Shown here piece by piece: positions 56,119 through 64,000 of a stretch of 64,000 nt of DNA. The DNA is taken from contig JALQXR010000001.1 of assembly GCA_023263105.1 (NCBI GenBank), positions 9,891 through 73,890 of the forward strand, in the 5' to 3' direction. This DNA is from Marivivens sp. (GTDB lineage: Bacteria > Pseudomonadota > Alphaproteobacteria > Rhodobacterales > Rhodobacteraceae). Both the position numbers and the translations under genes were made by a program. The notes beneath the pieces are model-generated. The model did not search any database, was not told where the DNA came from, and saw nothing but the letters and a program-made list of their open reading frames with translations. Each line of letters opens with the position of its first letter. The stretch's first letter is position 1.

Positions 56119-57429
56119 ATGGAGAACCTTTCCCCCAAGGCCGGTGACCTTGAACCCATCGAAACCGCCAGCCGGGATGAGATCGCGTCGCTCCAGCTGA
56201 GCCGGATGCGCTGGTCACTGTCGCATGCCTATGAAAACTCTGGCTTTTATCGAAAGAAATTCGACGACGCGGGGGTTCACCCCGACGATCTGAAGTCTTT
56301 GGCCGATCTGGCAAAGTTCCCCTTTACGGTCAAATCCGACCTGCGGGACAACTACCCCTTTGGCATGTTCGCGGTCCCGCGAAAGGACATCGTGCGCGTG
56401 CATGCGTCTTCGGGAACGACCGGCAAGCCGACCGTGGTGGGCTATACCAGCAACGACATTTCGATGTGGTCCGACATGGTCGCTCGGTCGATCCGCGCCT
56501 CTGGCGGGCGGGCCGGTGACATCGTGCATGTTGCCTATGGCTACGGGCTGTTCACCGGCGGTCTTGGCGCGCATTACGGGGCCGAGAGGCTGGGCTGCAC
56601 GGTCGTGCCGGTATCGGGCGGGATGACCGAGAGGCAGGTCACGCTGATCACCGATTTCAAACCGCGCGTGATCATGGTGACGCCGTCCTACATGCTGTCG
56701 ATTCTGGACGAATTCCGCCGCCAAGGCATCGACCCCCGCGACTCTAGCCTTGCGGTCGGTATCTTTGGCGCGGAGCCTTGGACCAACTCCATGCGGTCCG
56801 AAATCGAGGATGCCTTCGACATGCACGCCGTCGATATCTACGGACTGTCCGAAGTCATGGGCCCCGGCGTCGCCAACGAATGTGTGGAAACCAAAGACGG
56901 CCTGCACATCTGGGAAGACCACTTTTACCCCGAAATCATCGATCCGGTGACCGGAGAGGTGCTGCCAGACGGAGAACTGGGCGAACTGGTCTTCACGACC
57001 CTGACCAAAGAGGGTCTGCCGATCATCCGCTATCGCACGCGCGACCTGACCCGTTTGTTGCCGGGCACCGCGCGGTCCATGCGGCGGATGGAAAAGATCA
57101 CGGGCCGCAGCGACGACATGATCATCCTGCGCGGCGTCAACGTCTTTCCGACCCAGATCGAGGAACAGATCCTGAAGGTCGAGGGTCTTGCTCCGCATTT
57201 CCAGATCCGGCTGACACGGTCGGGGCGGATGGACGAAATGGCCATCGTGGTCGAAGCGACAGAGTCCGCCGCATCGGACGACGCGCGCACGGCCTCGGCC
57301 AAGTCGCTGGCGCATCACGTCAAATCGGTTGTTGGTGTGTCGGCAAAAATTCACGTAGGCCCACCCGGATCGGCACCAAGGTCCGAAGGCAAGGCCCGCC
57401 GCGTTGTGGACGAAAGGCCAAAAGACTGA
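56119..57429 (+). CDS. paaK: phenylacetate-CoA ligase
   Basis: LSRMRWSLSHAYENSGFYRKKFD...VHASSGTTGKPTVVGYT...YGLSE...RTRD; 436 aa. Confidence 0.93.
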   Translation: MENLSPKAGDLEPIETASRDEIASLQLSRMRWSLSHAYENSGFYRKKFDDAGVHPDDLKSLADLAKFPFTVKSDLRDNYPFGMFAVPRKDIVRVHASSGTTGKPTVVGYTSNDISMWSDMVARSIRASGGRAGDIVHVAYGYGLFTGGLGAHYGAERLGCTVVPVSGGMTERQVTLITDFKPRVIMVTPSYMLSILDEFRRQGIDPRDSSLAVGIFGAEPWTNSMRSEIEDAFDMHAVDIYGLSEVMGPGVANECVETKDGLHIWEDHFYPEIIDPVTGEVLPDGELGELVFTTLTKEGLPIIRYRTRDLTRLLPGTARSMRRMEKITGRSDDMIILRGVNVFPTQIEEQILKVEGLAPHFQIRLTRSGRMDEMAIVVEATESAASDDARTASAKSLAHHVKSVVGVSAKIHVGPPGSAPRSEGKARRVVDERPKD

Positions 57430-58046
57430 TGGCCCGTCCCCGCGCCAGCGATTTCGAAGAAAAGCGTCAGGGCCTTCTGGACAGCGCGGCGTCGATCTTT
57501 GCTGAACAAGGGCTGGAAAAGGCCTCGATGAGCCAGATCGCTGCTCATGCGGGCGTGTCCAAGGCGTTGCTGTATCACTACTATCCCAGCAAAGTCGTCC
57601 TGCTGTTCGAAATCATCGCAACGCATCTGAATGAACTGCAAAACGCGCTGGCGTCGACCGAGGCCGAGCTGGCCGGAGCCACGCCAGAGGCGCGACTCGA
57701 AGCGCTGATCGTCACCGTGCTAGAGCAATATCGCGGTGCAGACGCCCACCATAAGGTGCAGTTGAACGCCTTTGGGACTTTGGAGCCGGACCAACAGGCC
57801 GCCATCCAGAAGATCGAGCGCCAGATCGTCGGTCACTTTTCGACCACGCTGCAGGCGCTGCGTCCTGACCTCCCGCGTGAGCAGGTGATGCCGCTGACGA
57901 TGTCGGTCTTCGGGATGCTGAACTGGGTCTATATGTGGTTCCGCGATGGGGGCCGGATGAGCCGAGCGGACTATGGGCGGATGGCCGCCCAGATGGTGAT
58001 CGGCGGGCTGCCTGCGGTCGAGCCGTTGCCGGTCAAAAACGTCTGA
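57429..58046 (+). CDS. TetR-family transcriptional regulator (candidate PaaR)
   Basis: LLDSAASIFAEQGLEKASMSQIAAHAGVSKALLYHYYPSK is a TetR HTH. The ATG overlaps the paaK stop. The N-terminal 217 aa of the 422-aa track ORF is an out-of-frame overlap with paaK. Confidence 0.8.
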   Translation: MARPRASDFEEKRQGLLDSAASIFAEQGLEKASMSQIAAHAGVSKALLYHYYPSKVVLLFEIIATHLNELQNALASTEAELAGATPEARLEALIVTVLEQYRGADAHHKVQLNAFGTLEPDQQAAIQKIERQIVGHFSTTLQALRPDLPREQVMPLTMSVFGMLNWVYMWFRDGGRMSRADYGRMAAQMVIGGLPAVEPLPVKNV

Positions 58047-58047
58047 C

Positions 58048-58557
58048 TCAAAGACACTTGAAGTAGTCGAAGGGCTCTTGGCAGTCGCGGCAGCGCCACG
58101 CGGCCTTGCACGGTGTCGACCCGTGGCGGCTGACCTCTTCGGTATGGGTCGAGCCGCAGCGCGGGCACGCCACGGTCAGGTTCGCACCCGACATCCGCAG
58201 CGCCCGCGTCACGATCCGCCCGTCCGCAGCGGTGCCATCCACCGGCGGCGCGATGCCATAGGCGCGCAGCTTTTCGCGGGCGTCGTCCGTGATCCAGTCG
58301 GTGGTCCAAGGCGGTGAGATCCGGGTTTCGATCCGCAGGGGGCCGACCCCTTTGGCGGCAAGGTGCGTTTCGATATCCAATGCGATGACGCTGGTGGCGG
58401 GGCAGCCAGAATAGGTTGGCGTGATCGCGACGACGGTCGTTTCTCCGTCCTGCCGAACGTCGCGCACGATCCCCAGATCGACCACCGACACGACAGGAAT
58501 CTCGGGGTCCGGCACGTCGGCCAGCCACTCCCAGATTGTGTCGGTCGCCGGTTTCAT
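58048..58557 (-). CDS. paaD: 1,2-phenylacetyl-CoA epoxidase subunit PaaD
   Basis: IWEWLADVPDPEIPVVSVVDLGIVR...TPTYSGCPA...CPRCGS...CRDCQEPFDYFKC. Confidence 0.88.
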   Translation of the reverse strand: MKPATDTIWEWLADVPDPEIPVVSVVDLGIVRDVRQDGETTVVAITPTYSGCPATSVIALDIETHLAAKGVGPLRIETRISPPWTTDWITDDAREKLRAYGIAPPVDGTAADGRIVTRALRMSGANLTVACPRCGSTHTEEVSRHGSTPCKAAWRCRDCQEPFDYFKCL

Positions 58558-58561
58558 GGCC

Positions 58562-59767
58562 TCAGACCCGTTCGAGGATCAGCGCAATCCCCTGTCCGAC
58601 ACCCACGCACATGGTGCACAGCGCATAGCGTCCCTTGGTGCGCATCAATTGATAGGTCGCGGTCGTCACCAGCCGCGCGCCTGACATGCCCAGAGGGTGG
58701 CCGATCGCGATTGCGCCGCCGTTGGGGTTCACATGGGCCGCGTCGTCGGGCAAGCCCAGATCGCGAAGCACCGCCAGTGATTGCGCGGCAAAGGCTTCGT
58801 TCAGTTCGATCACATCCATCTGCTGCAGCGTGAGGCCCGCTTTCTCCAGAACTCGCCGGACGGCGGGAACCGGCCCCACGCCCATCACGCGCGGGGCGAC
58901 ACCGGCTGCAGCCATCGCGACGACCCGGGCCCGAGGCGTCAGGCCATTCGCTTTCGCCGAAGCCTCTGAGGCGATCAGAAGCGCTGCGGCGCCATCGTTG
59001 ACGCCCGAGGCATTGCCCGCGGTCACGGTCTTGTCTGGCCCGTTCACGCCGCGCAGTCGCGCAAGGTCAGCGGCCGAGGTTCCGGGGCGGGGGTGTTCGT
59101 CGGTATCCACCACCAGCGGATCGCCCTTGCGCTGGGGTATCGTCACCGGCGCGATTTCATCGGCGAATCGCCCTGCGGCATGGGCTTGGGCCCAACGGGC
59201 CTGACTGCGGGCGGCGAAGGCGTCCTGATCTTCGCGGCTGATGCCCCAGTCTTCGGCCACGTTGTCGGCAGTCTGCGGCATCGAATCGACGCCATACGCG
59301 GATTCCATCGCGGGGTTGACGAAGCGCCAGCCGATGGTCGTGTCATAGACCGCATTGGCGCGGCTAAAGGCGGTTGTGGCCTTTGGCATGACAAAGGGCG
59401 CGCGGCTCATGCTTTCGACCCCGCCCGCGATCATCATCTCGGCATCGCCCGCACGAATCGCCCGCGCGGCCTGACCGACGGCATCCAGTCCCGACCCGCA
59501 GAGCCGGTTGATGGTGGTCCCCGAAACGTCGACCGGCAGACCGGCCAGCAAGGCGGCCATGCGGGCGACGTTGCGGTTGTCTTCGCCGGCCTGATTGGCA
59601 CAACCATAGATCACGTCTTCGACCTGCGCCCAGTCCACACTGGCGTTTCGCGCCATCAGCGCGGCGATCGGCATGGCGGCCAGATCGTCGGCCCGCACTT
59701 GGGCCAGCTGTCCGCCATAGCGACCGACAGGAGTGCGGATTGCGTCACATACGAAAGCTTCTGCCAT
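58562..59767 (-). CDS. paaJ: 3-oxoadipyl-CoA thiolase (PaaJ/PcaF type)
   Basis: MAEAFVCDAIRTPVGRYGG...NRLCGSGLDA...CVGVGQGIALILERV. AAGGAGAG RBS precedes ATG 59767. Confidence 0.92.
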   Translation of the reverse strand: MAEAFVCDAIRTPVGRYGGQLAQVRADDLAAMPIAALMARNASVDWAQVEDVIYGCANQAGEDNRNVARMAALLAGLPVDVSGTTINRLCGSGLDAVGQAARAIRAGDAEMMIAGGVESMSRAPFVMPKATTAFSRANAVYDTTIGWRFVNPAMESAYGVDSMPQTADNVAEDWGISREDQDAFAARSQARWAQAHAAGRFADEIAPVTIPQRKGDPLVVDTDEHPRPGTSAADLARLRGVNGPDKTVTAGNASGVNDGAAALLIASEASAKANGLTPRARVVAMAAAGVAPRVMGVGPVPAVRRVLEKAGLTLQQMDVIELNEAFAAQSLAVLRDLGLPDDAAHVNPNGGAIAIGHPLGMSGARLVTTATYQLMRTKGRYALCTMCVGVGQGIALILERV

Positions 59768-59794
59768 GGTCGGGCCCTCTCCTTCGGAATTCAT

Positions 59795-59808
59795 TGACCG
59801 ATTGGTCA
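59795..59808. promoter_or_regulatory. palindrome TGACCGATTGGTCA in the divergent paaJ / FAH region (candidate TetR/PaaR operator)
   Basis: 5-bp perfect arms around GATT, 28 nt upstream of the paaJ start. Confidence 0.45.
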
Positions 59809-59885
59809 TGTTATATCTTGTCAAACGCAAGTAGGAAATCGGAAGATGGTTGCGAATCTAGGCAGCCGCCCAAAGGAACCGCACC

Positions 59886-60581
59886 ATGACATACGTTGTT
59901 CCCGCACCAGAGCCGAAATCCGTGCCGGTGGTCGGGCAAGAGGGCCGCTTTCCCATCAACCGAATTTTCTGTGTCGGACGGAACTACGCCGCCCATGCCG
60001 CCGAGATGGGCGGCGAGGTCGACCGAGAGGCGCCGTGGTACTTTACAAAGTCGCCCGCGTCGTTTTGCGCAAGCGGCTCGACCGTGCCCTATCCGCCGGG
60101 CACCTCGAACTATCACCATGAAATGGAAATGGTCATTGCCATCGGCAGCCCCGTCTTCAAGGCATCGGTCGAGGACGCGGCCAAGGCTGTCTATGGTTAT
60201 GCCTGCGGGTTGGACATGACGCGCCGCGACCGGCAACAGGACGGCAAGGACAATCGCCGCCCTTGGGATCTGGGCAAGGATGTCGAGACCTCGGCGGTCA
60301 TCGCGCCGATCACCCAAGCCTCGGCGGTCAAAGAGCTGGGCCCCAAGCGCATCCATCTGTCGGTGAACGGTGTGCTGAAGCAGGATGCGACCCTGTCCGA
60401 CATGGTCTGGTCCGTGCCAGAGATCATCAGCCACCTGTCGGGGTACTATCACTTGCAACCCGGTGACTTGATCATGACCGGAACGCCCGCGGGCGTCGGG
60501 CCGGTTGTGGCGGGCGATAAGATCACCGGCGGCATCGACGGGCTCGAACCCATTTCGCTGACACTTGGCGCTGCCGAATGA
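59886..60581 (+). CDS. fumarylacetoacetate hydrolase (FAH) family protein
   Basis: RIFCVGRNYAAHAAEMG...YHHEMEMVIAIG...GLDMTRRD...LQPGDLIMTGTPAGVG. Confidence 0.85.
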   Translation: MTYVVPAPEPKSVPVVGQEGRFPINRIFCVGRNYAAHAAEMGGEVDREAPWYFTKSPASFCASGSTVPYPPGTSNYHHEMEMVIAIGSPVFKASVEDAAKAVYGYACGLDMTRRDRQQDGKDNRRPWDLGKDVETSAVIAPITQASAVKELGPKRIHLSVNGVLKQDATLSDMVWSVPEIISHLSGYYHLQPGDLIMTGTPAGVGPVVAGDKITGGIDGLEPISLTLGAAE

Positions 60582-60617
60582 CCGCTTTGGCCGCTGCGAA
60601 ATGAAAATAGTGACAAA

Positions 60618-60648
60618 CCATAATTGTTATGTTTCATAATCATTATGG
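60618..60648. promoter_or_regulatory. AT-rich nested dyad CCATAATTGTTATGTTTCATAATCATTATGG upstream of the TRAP operon
   Basis: Outer arms CCATAAT/ATTATGG and inner arms TTATG/CATAA. It shares ATAATTGTTAT with the 63836 site. Confidence 0.5.
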
Positions 60649-60761
60649 TGAGCTTGGATTCCGAGGAGGAGCGGGGGCCAAGCAAAGCAATTGCGAACTG
60701 TCCAAGAATCGGTGGACTATCGTGACACAGGGCCCAAGGGTCCGAAAATCGGGAGGAATAC

Positions 60762-61802
60762 ATGACTAATCGTAGAAACCTGCTTGGTATCATGGGTGGT
60801 GTGGCTCTGGCTGCGCTGACCGCGACCTCGGCGCTGGCTCAGGAAGTCACCCTGCGCTTGCACCAGTTTTTGCCGGCGCAAGCCAACGTCCCGCGTCTGG
60901 TTCTGGACGTCTGGGCCGACAACGTAGAGCGTGACTCTGGCGGCCGGATCAAGGTCGAGCGTTATGCCGCCATGGCGCTGGGCGGCACCCCGCCCGAGCT
61001 TATGGATCAGGCGATCGACGGTGTTGCAGACGTCGTCTGGACCGTCGTCGGCTATACGCCGGGCCGTTTCCCGTCGACCGAAGTCTTTGAACTTCCCTTC
61101 ATGGTGTCGGACGCCCGCGCGGCCTCTTACGCCTACTGGAAGATGTTCGAAGAGCATATGCGCGACGGTGAATTCGCGGATGTCCACATCCTGGGCACCT
61201 GGGTCCATGGCCCCGGCATGTTCCACACCAACCGTCCGGTCACCACGCCCGCCGACCTGCAGGGCATGAAGATCCGCGGCGGTTCGCGTCTGGTGAACCA
61301 GCTTTTGGAACTGACCGGTGCAGAGCCCGTCGGCATGCCCGTTCCGGCCGTGTCGGAAGCCCTGTCCAAAGGCGTCATCGACGGCACGACCATTCCGTGG
61401 GAAGTGACCGCAGCGCTTAAGGTTCCGGAACTGGTGCAAAACCACACCGAGTTCGAAGGCCCCGCCCTGTACAACCTGACCTTCGTCCTTGCGATGAACA
61501 ACGACGTGTACAACGGCCTGCCGGATGACCTCAAAGCGGTGATCGACCAGAACTCCGGTCTCGACTTCTCGGTCTTTGCGGGTGGCACTCAGGCTGATGC
61601 CGATGGTCCTGCACGCCAGATCGCTGTCGACATGGGCAACAACATCATCACCGTTTCCGAAGCCGACGCTCAGGTGTGGCGCGACACCGTCGCCCCGATC
61701 TACGACACCTGGATCGCGGAAATGGAAACCAAAGGCATCGACGGCCAGGCTCTGATCGACGAAGCTCGCGCGCTGATGGCGGAATACGAAGCGAACAACT
61801 AA
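60762..61802 (+). CDS. TRAP transporter substrate-binding protein (DctP family)
   Basis: Tat/Sec-like signal MTNRRNLLGIMGGVALAALTATSALAQ, followed by a DctP-type body. Confidence 0.9.
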   Translation: MTNRRNLLGIMGGVALAALTATSALAQEVTLRLHQFLPAQANVPRLVLDVWADNVERDSGGRIKVERYAAMALGGTPPELMDQAIDGVADVVWTVVGYTPGRFPSTEVFELPFMVSDARAASYAYWKMFEEHMRDGEFADVHILGTWVHGPGMFHTNRPVTTPADLQGMKIRGGSRLVNQLLELTGAEPVGMPVPAVSEALSKGVIDGTTIPWEVTAALKVPELVQNHTEFEGPALYNLTFVLAMNNDVYNGLPDDLKAVIDQNSGLDFSVFAGGTQADADGPARQIAVDMGNNIITVSEADAQVWRDTVAPIYDTWIAEMETKGIDGQALIDEARALMAEYEANN

Positions 61803-61877
61803 TCGCTTCCCCAAGACTACAGTCGGGCCGTGGCGGCGACGCTGCGGCCCGGTTGTGACAAAGCGGGGCACAGGGCA

Positions 61878-62462
61878 ATGACAAAGTTCTTCATGCGACT
61901 TTCACAGCTGTTCGCTCTTGTGGGCGGGATCGTGCTGTCGGTGGTGATCCTGATCACGGTCTTCTCGATCATCGGGCGGACCGGCAATTCGATGTTGCAC
62001 AGCACCTTTGCCCAGACGAATTTCCCTGCCTTGGCCACATGGCTGATCGATGCAGGAGTGGGCCCGATAAAGGGCGACTTCGAACTGGTCGAAAGCATGA
62101 TGGCCTTTTCGATCTTTGCCTTCATTCCGCTGACGCAGATGACGAACGGTCACGCGTCGGTCGATATTTTTACCGCGTGGCTGCCGATGCGCGCGCAATT
62201 GGTCCTGCGGATGTTGATCGAGATCCTCTTTGCCGTGGTTCTGATCGTGATTGCAAAGCAGCTAGAGGCCGGCATGGCATCCAAAATGCGCAGCGGCCAG
62301 ATTACGTTCATCTTGGGTTTTCCGATCTGGTGGGCTTACGCGGCCAGCCTGTGCGGAGCAGTCATGGCGGCGGTGGTCGGCGTCTATGTCGCCTTGGTCC
62401 GCGTGTCCGAGGCCGTAACGGGCCGCATCATACTGGCTGACGAAATGGGAGCAGAGCATTGA
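61878..62462 (+). CDS. TRAP transporter small permease (DctQ family)
   Basis: Four hydrophobic segments; located between the P and M components. I chose ATG 61878. Confidence 0.85.
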   Translation: MTKFFMRLSQLFALVGGIVLSVVILITVFSIIGRTGNSMLHSTFAQTNFPALATWLIDAGVGPIKGDFELVESMMAFSIFAFIPLTQMTNGHASVDIFTAWLPMRAQLVLRMLIEILFAVVLIVIAKQLEAGMASKMRSGQITFILGFPIWWAYAASLCGAVMAAVVGVYVALVRVSEAVTGRIILADEMGAEH

Positions 62463-63772
62463 GCAACCTTGAAATCGGGCTCTATTCCTTTCCGGCGCTG
62501 CTTGGCCTGATCTTTCTGCGCGTGCCTATCGGTCTGGCGATGTTCGTTGCGGGCTTTGCCGGGCTTTGGCTGATTCAGGGCCACCCGAACGTCGCGCTTG
62601 CCAAGCTCAAGAGCGAAACATTCTCGCAGTTCTCGAACTATTCGCTGTCCATCGTTCCGATCTTTCTGCTGATGGGCCATTTCGCGACTCTGGGCGGTAT
62701 GTCTCAGGCGTTGTTCAAGGCCGCCGAAAGCTGGCTGGGGCACCGCAAGGGCGGTGTTGCCATGGCCGCAATCGGGGCCTGCGCGGGCTTTGGCGCGATC
62801 TGCGGGTCGAGCCTGGCGACCGCCGCAACGATGAGCCGCGTGGCCCTGCCGGAACTGCGCAACTACGGATATGCGGGCGGCATTTCGACCGCGACTCTGG
62901 CCGCGGGCGGCACCTTGGGGATTCTGATCCCGCCGTCGGTCGTGCTGGTCATCTACGCGATCCTGACCGAACAGAATATCGCAAAGCTGTTTCTGGCCGC
63001 CTTTGTCCCCGGCCTGCTTGCCGCGCTGGGCTATCTTATCGTGATCTCAATCTACGTGCGTCTTTACCCCGATAGCGCCGGCACCAAAGAACGCGTTCCC
63101 TACCGCGAGCGCTTTGCGTCGATGATCGATGTCTGGCCGGTGCTTGTCGTTTTCCTTGCTGTTGTGGGCGGGATCTATGGCGGTATTTTCACCCCGACCG
63201 AGGGCGCCGCAGTGGGCGCAGCCGGTACCGGCCTGATCGCTTGGTTCAACGGCGGGCTTAACCGCTCGACCCTGCTGGAGAGCTTTATCGTGACGGCCCG
63301 CGCCACGGCGATGATCTTTTTCATCGTGCTTGGCGCAGGCTTCTACAACGGGTTTCTGGCCCTTAGTCAGGTCCCGCAGACCGCCTCTGACTGGGTTGTG
63401 CACCAAGGCTTTAGCCCATGGACCGTGCTGATCATTATCCTTGTTTTCTACCTGATCCTCGGGTGCCTGATGGACAGCCTGTCGATGATTTTGCTGACCA
63501 TCCCGATCTTTTTCCCCGTGGTCAGCGCTCTTGATTTCGGGTTGACGGTCGAACAGACGGCGATCTGGTTCGGTATCCTTGTCCTGATCGTGGTCGAGGT
63601 CGGTTTGATCACGCCACCCGTTGGGATGAACCTGTTCATTATCAACGCGATGGAGCGTACGACCCCGATGGTCGAGACCTATAAGGCGGTCCTGTTCTTT
63701 GTGGCCTCCGACCTTGTGCGGACCGGTATTCTGGTCGCCTTTCCGGCAATCACCCTGTTCCTAGTATTCTAG
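62459..63772 (+). CDS. TRAP transporter large permease (DctM family)
   Basis: 437 aa polytopic protein; GGTLGILIPPS motif. The TTG start overlaps the dctQ-type stop. Confidence 0.92.
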   Translation: MSNLEIGLYSFPALLGLIFLRVPIGLAMFVAGFAGLWLIQGHPNVALAKLKSETFSQFSNYSLSIVPIFLLMGHFATLGGMSQALFKAAESWLGHRKGGVAMAAIGACAGFGAICGSSLATAATMSRVALPELRNYGYAGGISTATLAAGGTLGILIPPSVVLVIYAILTEQNIAKLFLAAFVPGLLAALGYLIVISIYVRLYPDSAGTKERVPYRERFASMIDVWPVLVVFLAVVGGIYGGIFTPTEGAAVGAAGTGLIAWFNGGLNRSTLLESFIVTARATAMIFFIVLGAGFYNGFLALSQVPQTASDWVVHQGFSPWTVLIIILVFYLILGCLMDSLSMILLTIPIFFPVVSALDFGLTVEQTAIWFGILVLIVVEVGLITPPVGMNLFIINAMERTTPMVETYKAVLFFVASDLVRTGILVAFPAITLFLVF

Positions 63773-63835
63773 GGCAGGGGCCGGCACGCAGGTCGGTCAC
63801 AAAAACAATTTGCCGGATTTTGGGTATATAGTATA

Positions 63836-63856
63836 ATTGTTATAATTTATAACAAT
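63836..63856. promoter_or_regulatory. perfect 21-bp palindrome ATTGTTATAA-T-TTATAACAAT upstream of the SDR gene
   Basis: Read directly from the sequence, 14 nt upstream of ATG 63870, in an AT-rich island within GC-rich DNA. Confidence 0.55.
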
Positions 63857-63869
63857 ATTGGAGCGACCA

Positions 63870-64000
63870 ATGGACATCTCGGGACTGGTGGCGATCGTGA
63901 CCGGCGGAGGCAGCGGTCTGGGTGCCGCGACCGCGCGCCATCTTGCGTCGCAGGGCGCAAAGGTTGCGATTTTTGACTTCGACGAGCCTCGGGCAAAGTC
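63870..64000 (+). CDS. SDR-family oxidoreductase, N-terminal fragment (runs off the window end)
   Basis: MDISGLVAIVTGGGSGLGAATARHLASQGAKVAIFD carries the TGxxxGxG Rossmann motif. Confidence 0.75.
   Translation, partial: MDISGLVAIVTGGGSGLGAATARHLASQGAKVAIFDFDEPRAK

Noticed and set aside
56778-57428. N-terminal 217 aa of the 422-aa ORF 56778..58046
   Set aside because: This part overlaps paaK out of frame and is Arg/Pro-rich. TetR homology begins only at ATG 57429, which overlaps the paaK stop.
1-64000. Search for tRNA/rRNA genes, transposases, integrases, phage genes, toxin-antitoxin pairs and known defence-system genes
   Set aside because: Intergenic gaps are short, and promoters, terminators, one riboswitch or small genes account for them. 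No translation resembled the hallmark proteins of mobile elements or defence systems. I cannot exclude small ncRNAs without covariance-model searches.

Overview
High-GC alphaproteobacterial chromosome, Rhodobacteraceae-like by protein content. It is densely packed core and metabolic DNA. I saw no tRNA or rRNA genes, CRISPR arrays, transposases, integrases or phage genes. I support 67 protein-coding genes by reading the translations; several starts are moved inward from the longest ORF using ATG/GTG position, RBS and known N-termini.

Gene order, left to right:
- ggt (partial), thiolase, GAF protein.
- XRE-cupin regulator, LysE exporter, GFA, and two DMGDH/sarcosine-dehydrogenase paralogs flanking a homocysteine S-methyltransferase; GST on the opposite strand.
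- rarD, rluA-like gene.
- Hydroquinone-type dioxygenase plus esterase pair, aldehyde dehydrogenase, 1-Cys peroxiredoxin.
- rimB-like protease, rimK and an AstE/AspA-like deacylase in one operon.
- L,D-transpeptidase.
- An rbfA-truB-rpsO-pnp array interrupted by five accessory genes.
- dapB, rsmB-like gene, heparinase II/III-like gene, purH, lspA, an M16 peptidase pair, mutL, rmuC.
- chrR-rpoE with a divergent five-gene operon homologous to the singlet-oxygen / furan fatty acid locus.
- Saccharopine dehydrogenase and a secreted pseudo-caspase/peptidoglycan-binding protein.
- A cobalamin riboswitch followed by cbtB and cbtA. cbtB is too short to appear in the ORF track.
- A partial phenylacetate (paa) cluster, a FAH-family gene, a TRAP transporter and a partial SDR.

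Most worth follow-up:
1. The rimK operon as a possible glutamylation writer plus candidate eraser module.
2. The sigma-E/ChrR locus, with two divergent sigma-E-type promoters visible in the sequence and three uncharacterised operon members.
3. The accessory genes wedged into the rbfA-truB-rpsO-pnp array, including a sulfotransferase-like orphan and an anchored RTX-repeat protein.
4. The catalytically dead caspase-like peptidoglycan-binding protein.
5. Several clean dyad-symmetric operator candidates.

I found no convincing entirely new multi-gene system such as a defence island. All function calls rest on by-eye motif and family recognition, not on searches.
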